Shown here one piece after another: positions 37,016-47,629 of a DNA stretch of 64,000 nt. This DNA is from a virus: positions 26,979 to 90,978 of IMG/VR virus record IMGVR_UViG_3300028558_000022; one strand, written 5' to 3'. A program made the translations under genes and the position numbers. The notes under the pieces were generated by a model. It searched no databases, was not told the DNA's origin, and saw nothing but the letters and a program-made list of their open reading frames with translations. Position 1 is the first letter of the stretch; every line of letters begins with the position of its first letter.

Positions 37016-38208
37016 CAGTCATACTCCACACATAGCGTGCAAGGATAGTTGAAGCCTCCGCTGTTTCCCATAGGCGGTCCAATTCCGAAGTTACCAGCGG
37101 AGTTACGAAACGGTATGTATGTCTTTGTTTGCCCGTATTGGTTCGTCAACGTGAAAGGCACGCCTTCTGCAAAGTCACCGTTAGCGGCCACACCAAGAAC
37201 GGTACACGGGTAGTCCCACCTTCCGGGGCAAGGAGAAGTGAACCATACTGGCACGGTTCCAGCACCGGCTAGACTATTGTTGACACTGCTGAATATGGTT
37301 GGGTACGGTATACCGGTGCCGTTAGATACCTCAACACTTCTAGGAAAGTACCCCAAGACTCCGTAGGTGAAGTGAAGGGTTGACTGGAATGTGCTGGATG
37401 GGTATGCCTGATTAAAACTAACGAAGAATCGCGTACTTCCAAATCCAAACATGGATACATACTCGTTCGTCGTAGCTCCCGATGAGTTCAATGCCCTTTG
37501 AACACAGAATCCTTGACATTGGTAGAAACTGTTCCTAAACAGGATTATCGACAGCCTTCCACTGTCTCCCGAGAAGTCGCACTCAAACGACTGAGTGGTG
37601 CTGGGAGTAAAAATGCCTTGAGCATTAGTGGAGATCGGAATAGCAGCCGTTACGAATCCTGTCAGAGTACCGGAACCGTTAGTGGCTGTACCTAGACTGA
37701 TTCTTATCGTCGGCCATGCCATAGAACCGTTAGTGTTGTTGTTGCCGTACTCAAGTTTCAGGTAGAAATTTTGGTTGCCGTCACCCGGTTGCCAAATCTC
37801 GTAGTTATACACGTTACCGGCTGGAGCAGAAGAACTCTGTGTGACTACACCAGTACCGCCTGACGCGACGTTAACGCCTGAGGAATTTACACAAGTGAAT
37901 GTTCCTGCGCCCAGACTGGTAATTCTAAAGGTTCCGTTGTTTCCTGTGTTTCCTCCGGTCCACCCGGTAATCGTCAGGGTGCGGCCTACAGCCAATGCCA
38001 GTCCAGTCAAGCCGCTGTACGTACAGGTCATATTGGACCCAGACATTGAAACTGAGGAAATGCTCAGTCCGGTCCACATGATCTGTCCTGTATCTGTGCT
38101 TTGCAGCCATCCAACAGATGCTAAGAAGGCACTTACGGCTGAGGCCCATCCGTAGTAGTTAGCGTAGGTGGTTACATCAGCGACAATGAATGATTGTTGT
38201 GTTGCCAC
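37015..38208 (-). CDS. Tail/receptor-binding protein, paralog A
   Basis: Ser/Thr/Gly beta-rich; colinear with 38232-39437. Confidence 0.65.
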   Translation of the reverse strand: MATQQSFIVADVTTYANYYGWASAVSAFLASVGWLQSTDTGQIMWTGLSISSVSMSGSNMTCTYSGLTGLALAVGRTLTITGWTGGNTGNNGTFRITSLGAGTFTCVNSSGVNVASGGTGVVTQSSSAPAGNVYNYEIWQPGDGNQNFYLKLEYGNNNTNGSMAWPTIRISLGTATNGSGTLTGFVTAAIPISTNAQGIFTPSTTQSFECDFSGDSGRLSIILFRNSFYQCQGFCVQRALNSSGATTNEYVSMFGFGSTRFFVSFNQAYPSSTFQSTLHFTYGVLGYFPRSVEVSNGTGIPYPTIFSSVNNSLAGAGTVPVWFTSPCPGRWDYPCTVLGVAANGDFAEGVPFTLTNQYGQTKTYIPFRNSAGNFGIGPPMGNSGGFNYPCTLCVEYD

Positions 38209-38231
38209 AGTCCCTTCCCTTCAACTTCATA

Positions 38232-39437
38232 TCAGTCGTACTCCATACACATTGTCACTGCGAACGTCGCAGCACTAGTGTTTGTCAACGCCTGTGTTAT
38301 AGCTGTCTGAGCAGCGGAGGTCTTAGTTGGAATATAGGTCTTGGTTTGTCCGTACTGGTTTGTCACCGTAAACGGAACGCCCTCGATGAAGTCAACGTAG
38401 TTCGCTATCCCGATAACGGTGCATGGGTAGTCCCACATACCAACAACGGGTGAAGGATTCCACAGTGGGATCGATCCTCCAACAGCTAGGCTACCGATAA
38501 CACCCGTATTGGACTGAAAGTAAGGTATGCCGAGATAGTTAGCGTTGCTTGTCTGTATTGCACCGGGAAAATATCCAACCACCCCGTACTGAAAGTGCAA
38601 ACTAACCTGCCATGAGCTAGATGACATACGTTGAGCAGCGGAGAAGAATGAGTTACCGTTTCCGATCCCCCACATACTCACATACGTGGAAGTAGGGGAG
38701 CCTGACGCACTCAGCGACCTTTGGACTCCGAACCACTGGCACTGATAGAAATTGTTTCTAAACAGGCAGATCGACAACCTACCGGAGTCGCCAGAAAAGT
38801 TGCACTCATACGCCGCAACTGGACTTGGTGTCCAGAACGTCGTACTTGCGTTTGCTGAGAGAAATTTATCCGCTGTCGCGAAGCCTAGTAGGTTCCCGGC
38901 ACCATCGCTCTTCTGGGCAAGAGAAAGCCTTAAAGTAGGCCAATTGGCTCCTGACGTAGGGACGTTGCTGTTGCCGTATTCTAGCTTTAGAACAAAGTCT
39001 TGAAGTCCGTCCCCCGGATGCCATATCTCATATACGTAGTTACCGGCAGTTGGAACCGTTGAACTTTGTGTAACAATCCCTGTTCCACCAGAAGCGACGT
39101 TAACGCCTGAGGCATTTACACAAGTGAATGTACCGGCACCAAGACCTGTGATTCTAAATGTGCCGTTATTTCCTGTGTTTCCTCCGGTCCACCCGGTAAT
39201 CGTCAGTGTTCTACCGACTGCAAGTGCCAAACCAGTAAGGCCGGAGTATGTGCAAGTCATATTAGAGCCGGACATACTCACTGCGGTAATGCTTAGTCCA
39301 GTCCACATGATTTGCCCGGTATCGGTCCCTTGGAGCCATCCAACTGACGCGATAAACGCCGAGACCGCTGAACCCCAGCCAAAATAGTTCGCATAGGTAG
39401 ACATATCCGCAATGAGAAATGATTGTTGCGTTGCCAT
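38232..39437 (-). CDS. Tail/receptor-binding protein, paralog B
   Basis: Same MATQQSF start and C.EYD end as paralog A. Confidence 0.65.
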   Translation of the reverse strand: MATQQSFLIADMSTYANYFGWGSAVSAFIASVGWLQGTDTGQIMWTGLSITAVSMSGSNMTCTYSGLTGLALAVGRTLTITGWTGGNTGNNGTFRITGLGAGTFTCVNASGVNVASGGTGIVTQSSTVPTAGNYVYEIWHPGDGLQDFVLKLEYGNSNVPTSGANWPTLRLSLAQKSDGAGNLLGFATADKFLSANASTTFWTPSPVAAYECNFSGDSGRLSICLFRNNFYQCQWFGVQRSLSASGSPTSTYVSMWGIGNGNSFFSAAQRMSSSSWQVSLHFQYGVVGYFPGAIQTSNANYLGIPYFQSNTGVIGSLAVGGSIPLWNPSPVVGMWDYPCTVIGIANYVDFIEGVPFTVTNQYGQTKTYIPTKTSAAQTAITQALTNTSAATFAVTMCMEYD

Positions 39438-39439
39438 GT

Positions 39440-39880
39440 TTACTCCAGTTGCGCTGTAAACTCCCACGTTCCGGTTCCGCTTGTGATGTTCATATTGAAC
39501 ACATCACCTTGAGTGATACTTAGAGGAGAGGACGTAAGTGCGGTAAACGTGAAGGTCGATCCGGCCACAACTCCACTTGAAATTGATGGATTCGCCGAGA
39601 AGACATTTGTCCCGTTCTGCGTAATGTTGAAGGTTAGACCGGTAGTAAGATCAGACTTCGTGACTACAACGGCGCACTTTGTTACATACCCATTGCGAGG
39701 AGCAATTCCGTACAGCGCGACATTAGAGCCTACTGTCCCACTTGAGATCGAAAATGCTACCACAATGGGAGGCGTATTCGTTACGGTCACAACGCCGGGT
39801 GACGTTATCACCGCGCTCGTCGTTCCGCCCAAGTTGAAGTCGATCTCATTTATTCCGTTTGTGTTTACCGGGATGCTCAT
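39440..39880 (-). CDS. Virion structural protein
   Basis: Beta-rich; resembles the C-terminus of 47630-48334. Confidence 0.55.
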   Translation of the reverse strand: MSIPVNTNGINEIDFNLGGTTSAVITSPGVVTVTNTPPIVVAFSISSGTVGSNVALYGIAPRNGYVTKCAVVVTKSDLTTGLTFNITQNGTNVFSANPSISSGVVAGSTFTFTALTSSPLSITQGDVFNMNITSGTGTWEFTAQLE

Positions 39881-39889
39881 TGACCGCCC

Positions 39890-40297
39890 TTAGTAACCAG
39901 CCAAGCCCGCGTTCGTCGCGTACCAATTTGTGTCCGCAGAGTTGTACGAAAACCTCTGAGCGGTTCGCTTGTTTGCAGTTGTGCTTATGGCTATCGCACC
40001 GAGAAGATTGGACGGGAGCGTTACCGCATGGCCGGATGCGTCCTGTACCCAAATAATCGTGATTTCCTGACCATCAATGACGCCGCTAGGGACTGTAATG
40101 GATGTCAGAGCTTGATTGACGCTAACGAAGAAACTTGAGTACAGAGTCGCATCCAAAGTGATCGTACCGGATGAAGGTGTGACCGTTTGCTTTTTGATGC
40201 CGTAGTACCCAGAGACATTCCCGGAGCTATCTTGCTGCCATGTAATGTTTGTCCCGCCAGCGGGTGCGGCGGGAGTCGTGTTACTTAGGTTAATCAC
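39890..40297 (-). CDS. Tail fibre-associated protein
   Basis: DGQEITIIWVQDASGHAVTLP fibre-tip-like motif. Confidence 0.55.
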   Translation of the reverse strand: MINLSNTTPAAPAGGTNITWQQDSSGNVSGYYGIKKQTVTPSSGTITLDATLYSSFFVSVNQALTSITVPSGVIDGQEITIIWVQDASGHAVTLPSNLLGAIAISTTANKRTAQRFSYNSADTNWYATNAGLAGY

Positions 40298-40319
40298 TCG
40301 ATGTTGCCCTTTTTACACT

Positions 40320-41411
40320 TCAACCAATAAACCAGCCAGTGCCGTCAGACCATACTGGGACTTTATTTGCCCCGCCACTTGTGTATGCCGTTCCGAATGT
40401 ATTGGCCGTAGCATCACTAACGAACGCTCTTGCACCCACGCCCGCTGTTGCGGCTGAGACTATTGGCGTTCCGGCTGCACTATAAACAATCTTTGCTTTC
40501 GTGTAGGGTAGCTCTACCGGTCCTGCAAAAGAACTTAAACTAGTTCCTTCTGAGAATAGTTGGTAAACGGTTCCAACACCTGAAGCATTCTGCTCTTGGA
40601 TGTACAAGCCACGACGCAACGTGATTGTTGAGCCGTTGGTCAGTACCGGAGTGTTAACGTTTATACCGTTTGCTTCGTCGATGGTCCCTGCGTTCGTCTC
40701 AAAATATACATCTACGTTCGTGGCATTTGCCATTCCCCCGACACTGTTGTTGTAAATGTCGAATTGGGCGTTCGTCGCATTGTCTATTCTGCCTGTGCCA
40801 TTATTGGCGACTGCCGCTCCCATCCCAAAAGCCGTCTGGACTTCTCCAGATGATGTATTTGTAATACCGCAGTCAAAGGCGAACATCGTTGGCAATGCCG
40901 ATGCGCCCGTCCCTGTACCGCTGTAATTTGCGTTTGCCTGAAACGCCGCTCCGCCCTGCGTCCAGTTGTTCCCGTTCATATCCATTTGAATCTTAATGGC
41001 GGTAGGAAAAGCGGTCTGAGAGGCAGATGGATCGAGTGTCAATCCTACAAATAATCCATTCTCGGTCGATGAATTATTATTGGTTTCAGTAACGACAACA
41101 ATTGAGGCGGAAGGGCTTCCATCTCCAGTCGGCACACTGTCAATGGTCGATCCCGCGCCAAATGCAAAGTGTGTACCGTTGGTTGTGCCACCTGATGCAC
41201 CGGCAAAACTAGCAGCATTGTTAAACTGAATTTCTGAAGTCGATCCACCGGGATTACCGCTACCAACAGACACGACTTCCCAGCCATTACCGGCTGATAT
41301 GTACAACTCTTTGTTCACAACGTCTACACCGAACGATGGACTCTGATGTGAACCCGGAGCGGCGACATCCTGTACTGTCGGATCGCCTTGGAATACCTTA
41401 TCGAACGCCAA
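40320..41411 (-). CDS. Tail fibre/spike protein
   Basis: PGGSTSEIQFNN motif; C-terminal GARAFVSDA...VPVWSDGTGW. Confidence 0.65.
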   Translation of the reverse strand: MAFDKVFQGDPTVQDVAAPGSHQSPSFGVDVVNKELYISAGNGWEVVSVGSGNPGGSTSEIQFNNAASFAGASGGTTNGTHFAFGAGSTIDSVPTGDGSPSASIVVVTETNNNSSTENGLFVGLTLDPSASQTAFPTAIKIQMDMNGNNWTQGGAAFQANANYSGTGTGASALPTMFAFDCGITNTSSGEVQTAFGMGAAVANNGTGRIDNATNAQFDIYNNSVGGMANATNVDVYFETNAGTIDEANGINVNTPVLTNGSTITLRRGLYIQEQNASGVGTVYQLFSEGTSLSSFAGPVELPYTKAKIVYSAAGTPIVSAATAGVGARAFVSDATANTFGTAYTSGGANKVPVWSDGTGWFIG

Positions 41412-41439
41412 TTTCTTTTCTCCTATTATACAACGCGTG

Positions 41440-41712
41440 TCAAGCGCCGTTGACCTTAACCATCTTCGGAACGTTAACGGTGATTAGGTAGTCATCGCTC
41501 ACCGTCACATTGTTGACTTGAATCGCCGCACGGATTGTCGGTTCCCACATATTCGTATTCGGGTTGAACTCAATAACCTCGCCGCCGATGAGAACGACGT
41601 TATCAACTGTCTTCCCACGAATGCCTACAACGGTCGCGTTCTGATTGCCAGCTTGAGACTGTACGTCGCCTTGTAACGGGTATAGGCCGCCCGGAAAGAT
41701 TTCGCGGTTCAT
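41440..41712 (-). CDS. Small virion/tail protein
   Basis: LQGDV...ATVVGIRG motif; operonic. Confidence 0.5.
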   Translation of the reverse strand: MNREIFPGGLYPLQGDVQSQAGNQNATVVGIRGKTVDNVVLIGGEVIEFNPNTNMWEPTIRAAIQVNNVTVSDDYLITVNVPKMVKVNGA

Positions 41713-42434
41713 TAGCTCTCCAGTCCGACGTATTGAATCGTCAAGGTCACCGCGTCGCTTGTCGCATCCAGATTCGTAATCGTCACGTAGACTGTCCCAA
41801 CTTGCGGGGTGTCTGCGTTGGCGCCGATTCGGTTCTGAAAGCTCCACTGATACGGGACCGTATCAAGGGCCACATCGCAGATAATGTTCTGCGCGGTCCC
41901 GGCTCCGGGCGGAGCGTCTAACGCGCGTGACAAATCTTGTGTCTGTGCGAGTGCTGTGCCGTAGAGTTGAACCCTACACGGACTGCCGACCGCAATTGAG
42001 AGAAGTTGGAAACTCTTCGGCATCGTGAAAGAGCCGACGAATTTGTTACCGGGAAATATGACAGGCGTCTTTACGACCGCCTGTGCCGCAGTGATCGAAC
42101 TGCCGCTTGAAGAACCACCGCCGCTCGATCCGCTTATGACGGTCGTATTGACAGTTGTAGTACCAGACGCCCCGACCGGCCCCAGCGACACCGGAGTAAG
42201 CAAACGCCGTTGAGGAACCTGACCCTTGACGTAGAACTGTCTCAGGGAGTCGGGTGACGCTTGCCACAATGGAGGCAATGGGCAGCGAATCATGGTATTC
42301 CTACCCGGTTCAAGACCGCCCGCCTGTTGTCCGTCGAATGTCGGCGACGGTGTGGGAGGGGCCGGACTTGGCGGGGTAGGTTGGTACCCCGTCAAGTTCT
42401 GCTTCGACACAATCGCATCAGCGATAGATGGCAC
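41712..42434 (-). CDS. Virion structural protein
   Basis: Operonic, downstream of the nozzle gene. Confidence 0.55.
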   Translation of the reverse strand: MPSIADAIVSKQNLTGYQPTPPSPAPPTPSPTFDGQQAGGLEPGRNTMIRCPLPPLWQASPDSLRQFYVKGQVPQRRLLTPVSLGPVGASGTTTVNTTVISGSSGGGSSSGSSITAAQAVVKTPVIFPGNKFVGSFTMPKSFQLLSIAVGSPCRVQLYGTALAQTQDLSRALDAPPGAGTAQNIICDVALDTVPYQWSFQNRIGANADTPQVGTVYVTITNLDATSDAVTLTIQYVGLES

Positions 42435-42435
42435 G

Positions 42436-45400
42436 TCAATTCTCCTGTAAATAGCCGCCGAACACGGTGAGACTATTTAACTCGTTCGCGTAATTCTCAG
42501 CCGCCCACTTCACTTGAATCTGGATGTGGCGGCAAGCCGCTGCATCTTTCATCTCGTTTAGATAGAAACGCTGCGAATAGAACGAACGGCTTTCTTTCAG
42601 TCCGGGAGGATCAGGCTCCCATTTCTTCAGAATCTCGAACGGACCTTGGTAGTAAGGCAATGCCTCATCTACCAGTAGTCCGAGTGTGAGAGGGGTTCCC
42701 ACTCGCACTGATTCTGTTGTAATGAACCCGATGACTGCTACCTGTCCGGGTTGCGCCAATACCACCGACCCGATAACAGCATTGGCCGAATAGTTCTGAC
42801 CGTTGTCTTGGCTACTGCTCAAGTCGCGGTTCAAAATAGGTCCGGTTGCCGTTGGGCCGAGTAACAAACGATGCACGCCCGGCTGAACCTCGATACTCTG
42901 TACCGCTTTGCAGCCGCCGACAATTGTCGCAAACGGTGACCACGTATATCCCGTCTCAGGGGATGGGGTAGGTATCAATCGATACCATCCGTACTGACCG
43001 TCCGATACAAACCAGCCCTGATCTTCTCCATTGACGTACCACGTAACGTACACATCAGAGGAGTCCCATGTTTGACCGGGTTGTCCGTTGTTCAAACGGA
43101 ACTGATCGCCGATGGGGAAGCCCGCGTATGTGTCGCCCGCAGACGGATCGAGAATACAGAACTGATTGTCAGTCGTAAAGAACCCGATGAGCGACCCGTT
43201 GAGATCGAGAGCGTTGTAGCTCAAGAGACCAACACCTTCCATGATCGGAATGGGACTCTGGATCGGATTCGATGCCGTGCCCTGCCCTTGGATCGCGTAC
43301 ACATCCGAAACCGTGAACACAATCGCGCCGACCGCAGTCGGAACAATTCGTTTCACGAGCGACGGGAAGTTAGCGAAGTTCAACGGCGGAGTTCCGTTGA
43401 TTCCGTTACCTACCGGCGTATCGGGACCGGCTGTCCAGTACACGGTGTTACCGATGCTGTAGAAAATGCGGTTCAAGTGAAACGCGAGATTCATAGCGCC
43501 GGAAGCCGGAGGGGTGTTCTCCCCGGCGACAGCACCTTGGATCAGATTGTTCAGACCTGTATCCGGTGTGCTGTCTGTATAGCCGTTCACAATGTACTCC
43601 GCAAGCGGTACCGTGTACGTTGTGTACTTACCCGGTATCAGGAACGGAGTTGACTGACCGTCCGTTGTGCGGAAGATCGCAACGTAGTCACTTTGCGGAT
43701 CGATCTTGTCAAGACTCGGTAACCCGGCGCCGGGCGCCAAGGTCACTCCGGCAACGCCGATAAAGTTCCCGGTCGCTGCGGATAGAGTCGTGCAATTCGA
43801 CACTGTGTTGTCGAGCGTGTTTACAAGTGCTACCGCGTATTTCCAGCCACCGTTAAATGTACTGACCGTTCCAGTCGGCGGACTCGTTGCCGCACCGTCA
43901 TTGATCCAGATGAGATTTGGATTGTCCAACGTGAGTTGGTTCAATCCCGTCTGGAATGTCGGGGCAGTCGTGCCCGTCACACCTGACCTGTACGGCGTTT
44001 CTTTGTTGCCGTTCGGATCGGTGATAGACGAGTTAGCAAGTGTGAAGTTTGTACCGCCTGTCCAAACGAAGTCCGTGACCGGTCCGATATTCCACCATGT
44101 CAACTGACCGTTGGTCTCAGTCACGCTGGGATATTTCGGAGCGTAAGACGTGCTCCAAGACGGCCACACCGGGACATTCGTACCGCTCTCGGGGACACCG
44201 TTCGCAAGAGGAAAACCATTGCAGAGTACGTTTAGAACCTGACCTGAGTGGTACCAGTAATCAATGTCAAGCTCAATCGGATACACACCCGCAGTGGGGA
44301 AGTTCACCGTAAACGTATCGATGTTGGTCCCGCTAAGGTTCGTTCCGCCAAAGACGGGATAACCTTGTGCCGGAGTAATTGTCTGTCCGCTGGGATTGTT
44401 GTTCGGTCCACTGACTAGCGTGGCCCCGTTTCCAATTCCCCAAATCATACCGTCATGATGAGTGATCGTGAAGGTATACTGCCCGGCAACCGGTACGTTA
44501 AGGGACGACAGGATGATGAGCTGATAGTCCTGATGAAAGGACGGGAACGGATTCGTAGTAGAAACCGTCTCGCCCGCACCGTTCGTTACAACCCAGTTCA
44601 ACGAAGAGCCTGAACTCAACGGAGTGCCGGTATAGCTCAAGCTATTCAATGTCGTCGCCGACGCGAGCGCCGAGCCGGTGCTTGTGGGGTTCGTAAGAAT
44701 CACTCGTCCGACCGGACCCGAAGTCGGGGCCGAGTACAGATAAGCACTTACATTACCCTGAAGCGTTGGCTGCGATTGAGGCGCCAACTGAAACAGACAG
44801 TTCGTTCCGTAAGCATTTCCTATGACGAACTGACTCTGCGTTACCGCCGTGCCGTTTGCTGTCTCTGCAACGCCTGACGCGTTCTGAAGCGTGACGGTCG
44901 TCGATGACGACGCAGTGCAAAGGAATGTTCCGTTGTTCGCAGAGTGCGTGAATCCAGTTACAACGAAGAGCTTCCCGGCATAAGCGTTCAGTGCTCCGCC
45001 AGTGACACTGCCCGTGTATACCGTTGTGCCCGCGCTCGCATTGGCAACCGAAGTCAGGGCCAAAGTCGCGCCGGGGACGTAGTTCGTGTGTGACGACCAA
45101 TTCAATGAGGCCGCCGTCTGGATCATTCTCCAAACGACCGTGCCGTCTGTCGTTGTAGTACCGACACTCGTTGCCCACGTAGGCGCTGATGTGCCGCTCT
45201 TCCCTGCTGTGACAACCTGTTGGAGGTTTCCGTTCGCGTCGATTATGACGCCAGCATAAGAGAAATAAGTACCCGATCTCCACGATACCGCCGATTGGCC
45301 GATAGTCGGGGTAATCGCCGTCGTCGGCATGGCGATTCCCCAATTCATAACCGGGTTACCGCGATTCGTCCATTGAACTGTACCGTCAATGGTCGTGCCG

Positions 45401-46302
45401 CCTTGGTAGTTGTTCCCGCTCGCCGGGACAACAGTGCTCCATGTCGGAACGACTCCACCGGAAATAGGTGTTGACGTTAGTGTCAGCTCAGCGGCCTGAA
45501 CGTTGCTCTCAGCGGTAGGGCCGTAGTCACCTGTCGTAAACGTTGCGGTGAAGGTGCTGCCGGAAACGGACACTACAGTGACGGTCTGATTCTCCAATAC
45601 AGTCGCGGCCATGCTCGCCGGGAATTGAATCACGCATCCCGTACTGAGTACGTTCGTCAATGCCGTACTCGCCGTGACCGTCAAAACATTACTCGTGACC
45701 TGAGTCTGAGTAACAGTGATGACGGTACCGGTAAGCTGCTGAATGTTGCCGTTTGGGTCTATCAGAAATGTCGAAAAGAACGAAGACACCGGTCCGTTCC
45801 AAACGGTGTTTCCCGTCCAATTGACGAGCGTCTGAAGCCACTTTTTATTACTGACTCCATCTCCCCAGTACAAAGAGTTCCCTACCGATTGCATGTAGCT
45901 CTGCCCGGCGCCCGTGGTCTTTGTCCAGAGGAGTGTCTTAGTTCCTTGGTAAAGCGAGTAAAGGGCGGCGGCCTGATCCACCATGATCTTGATCTGTTCA
46001 ACGTTCGCATCGAACATGCGGAACTCGTAGAACCGATTGACTGAGGTATAGGAGTTCGAGTCGTATACAGGATTACCGGGGCGCCGACCCAGTGTCAGTC
46101 GGTTTGTGATCTCAACGTTACTACCAGCAATGAGCGCATCGCCAGCGGCCCCGTAATACTTCTCCGTGATTCGAGTTGTAGTGGCATCACGTAACGGACT
46201 GCGATTCGTGTTCAAACCACCTGACCAGCGACCTACATAGATAGTCGCAAATTTTGTCTCGCTCTGTGGCTGAGCGCCGGATAGTCCTAAAATGTTTGGC
46301 AT
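42436..46302 (-). CDS. Tail nozzle/stabilisation protein with inserted accessory modules (including a PA14-like domain)
   Basis: 1288 aa; propeller-like ends; LNVPVAGQYTFTITHHDG (PA14-like); repeated DxNGN...PTW...DGTVxW modules. Confidence 0.65.
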   Translation of the reverse strand: MPNILGLSGAQPQSETKFATIYVGRWSGGLNTNRSPLRDATTTRITEKYYGAAGDALIAGSNVEITNRLTLGRRPGNPVYDSNSYTSVNRFYEFRMFDANVEQIKIMVDQAAALYSLYQGTKTLLWTKTTGAGQSYMQSVGNSLYWGDGVSNKKWLQTLVNWTGNTVWNGPVSSFFSTFLIDPNGNIQQLTGTVITVTQTQVTSNVLTVTASTALTNVLSTGCVIQFPASMAATVLENQTVTVVSVSGSTFTATFTTGDYGPTAESNVQAAELTLTSTPISGGVVPTWSTVVPASGNNYQGGTTIDGTVQWTNRGNPVMNWGIAMPTTAITPTIGQSAVSWRSGTYFSYAGVIIDANGNLQQVVTAGKSGTSAPTWATSVGTTTTDGTVVWRMIQTAASLNWSSHTNYVPGATLALTSVANASAGTTVYTGSVTGGALNAYAGKLFVVTGFTHSANNGTFLCTASSSTTVTLQNASGVAETANGTAVTQSQFVIGNAYGTNCLFQLAPQSQPTLQGNVSAYLYSAPTSGPVGRVILTNPTSTGSALASATTLNSLSYTGTPLSSGSSLNWVVTNGAGETVSTTNPFPSFHQDYQLIILSSLNVPVAGQYTFTITHHDGMIWGIGNGATLVSGPNNNPSGQTITPAQGYPVFGGTNLSGTNIDTFTVNFPTAGVYPIELDIDYWYHSGQVLNVLCNGFPLANGVPESGTNVPVWPSWSTSYAPKYPSVTETNGQLTWWNIGPVTDFVWTGGTNFTLANSSITDPNGNKETPYRSGVTGTTAPTFQTGLNQLTLDNPNLIWINDGAATSPPTGTVSTFNGGWKYAVALVNTLDNTVSNCTTLSAATGNFIGVAGVTLAPGAGLPSLDKIDPQSDYVAIFRTTDGQSTPFLIPGKYTTYTVPLAEYIVNGYTDSTPDTGLNNLIQGAVAGENTPPASGAMNLAFHLNRIFYSIGNTVYWTAGPDTPVGNGINGTPPLNFANFPSLVKRIVPTAVGAIVFTVSDVYAIQGQGTASNPIQSPIPIMEGVGLLSYNALDLNGSLIGFFTTDNQFCILDPSAGDTYAGFPIGDQFRLNNGQPGQTWDSSDVYVTWYVNGEDQGWFVSDGQYGWYRLIPTPSPETGYTWSPFATIVGGCKAVQSIEVQPGVHRLLLGPTATGPILNRDLSSSQDNGQNYSANAVIGSVVLAQPGQVAVIGFITTESVRVGTPLTLGLLVDEALPYYQGPFEILKKWEPDPPGLKESRSFYSQRFYLNEMKDAAACRHIQIQVKWAAENYANELNSLTVFGGYLQEN

Positions 46303-46324
46303 TCGATTCTTTTGGTCTCTTTAT

Positions 46325-47623
46325 TTACGGAGTTCGCGTGTTACCTACATTCACCCATACGCGCGGAATGTTCGGCACGGAGTAAATAGTCATCTGAAGG
46401 TTATTCAAATCGACCTGTGCGCCGTTGGATAAGGTACCGCTGATATTCACGCCGAGAGTGTTGGTTCCGTTAACGGCATTCCACGCAAGCGGCCCGACGC
46501 CCCACGTATCGCCGTCGCCGCCGAGAGTATAACTAGATGCCCAGCTACCTACCGTGAGGTTCTTCGGCGTACCTATTGGCGTGCCATTCAAAGTAAGCTG
46601 GGCCACGAGATTCGCAGCTCCACCGCCTACTGAGTCTCCAGTAGAAAAGTTGACCTGAACTCCAGAAGTACGACTAGCTCCGGGAATGTTGATTGTGAAA
46701 TGTGATGCGCTCAACGTTTGAAGTTGAGTAGCACCGACAGGAGTTCCTCCGCCCGGTAGAGAGTACACAACTGCTACGCCGAAAAACGATATATAGCTGT
46801 TGTAGAAATAAGGGGTACCGACGCCAGCGGTCGTAGACTGAATCTCAAAGCTAAAAGTTACACTCGAAAGAACTGACAGACTCGTACCGAGATTCGGACC
46901 TACCTGCAACGTACCATCCAAGGGGAATTGATAGGACAAGCTCGTCGGGTAATGTACCTTGAAACCCTGAGTGGAGCCGCCCGCTGTGGTCCCTTGTGCG
47001 ACGGGATAAATAGCTTGCACTACGGCGCCGGGAGGCAAAGTCGGTATCGTGCATGACCCACTTGTTGAAACTAAAAGCGGAGCAAACGAGCATCCATCAC
47101 ACCCACCGCCGCCGCGAAGTGTGCTTACATAACCGCCCGGCAGAAGATTAAAGCATCCTCCAATAGCGGATTGTGGGTTGGGATCGGGACCGGGCGGTCC
47201 TGTGTAGACCACATATTGCCCGACTGGTGGCGTTACGGCTTGGAAGTTGGCCGCATAGGTGTACTTCGTTGTCGGAGTGGCGACTCCAAGGTCAAACGTG
47301 GAACTAACATCAGCGTGAGTGAAATTCGCAGAAAATGAAGTTGAACTAAGTCCAGCGGGAAGGACAGTGAGTGTCACGCCGTTCAAGTATGTACCAGTCA
47401 GAAGGCTAGAGATCACTACACTCTGACCGGCTGAAAGCGTAACTCCCTGAGGGTTCGTAGAAAAGCTGACTACATTCGAACTTATCGAGAATCCAATGAT
47501 GAAAGCAACCGCTGTCGTACCTATTCCTGTACTTGTAGCCGAGCTGGAATCTGCCCAGAGTATGCCTTCACCCTGACTTGTAACTGATCCCGGACTTATC
47601 GGGCCAAACGGTATTCCCATCAC
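46325..47623 (-). CDS. Virion structural/tail protein
   Basis: Ser/Thr/Gly-rich; YTLGGDGDTWG motif. Confidence 0.55.
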   Translation of the reverse strand: MMGIPFGPISPGSVTSQGEGILWADSSSATSTGIGTTAVAFIIGFSISSNVVSFSTNPQGVTLSAGQSVVISSLLTGTYLNGVTLTVLPAGLSSTSFSANFTHADVSSTFDLGVATPTTKYTYAANFQAVTPPVGQYVVYTGPPGPDPNPQSAIGGCFNLLPGGYVSTLRGGGGCDGCSFAPLLVSTSGSCTIPTLPPGAVVQAIYPVAQGTTAGGSTQGFKVHYPTSLSYQFPLDGTLQVGPNLGTSLSVLSSVTFSFEIQSTTAGVGTPYFYNSYISFFGVAVVYSLPGGGTPVGATQLQTLSASHFTINIPGASRTSGVQVNFSTGDSVGGGAANLVAQLTLNGTPIGTPKNLTVGSWASSYTLGGDGDTWGVGPLAWNAVNGTNTLGVNISGTLSNGAQVDLNNLQMTIYSVPNIPRVWVNVGNTRTP

Positions 47624-47629
47624 TTACCC

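Noticed and set aside
37015-39437. Diversity-generating retroelement (TR/VR pair)
   Set aside because: No reverse transcriptase in the window, both copies are full genes, and the differences are not adenine-specific
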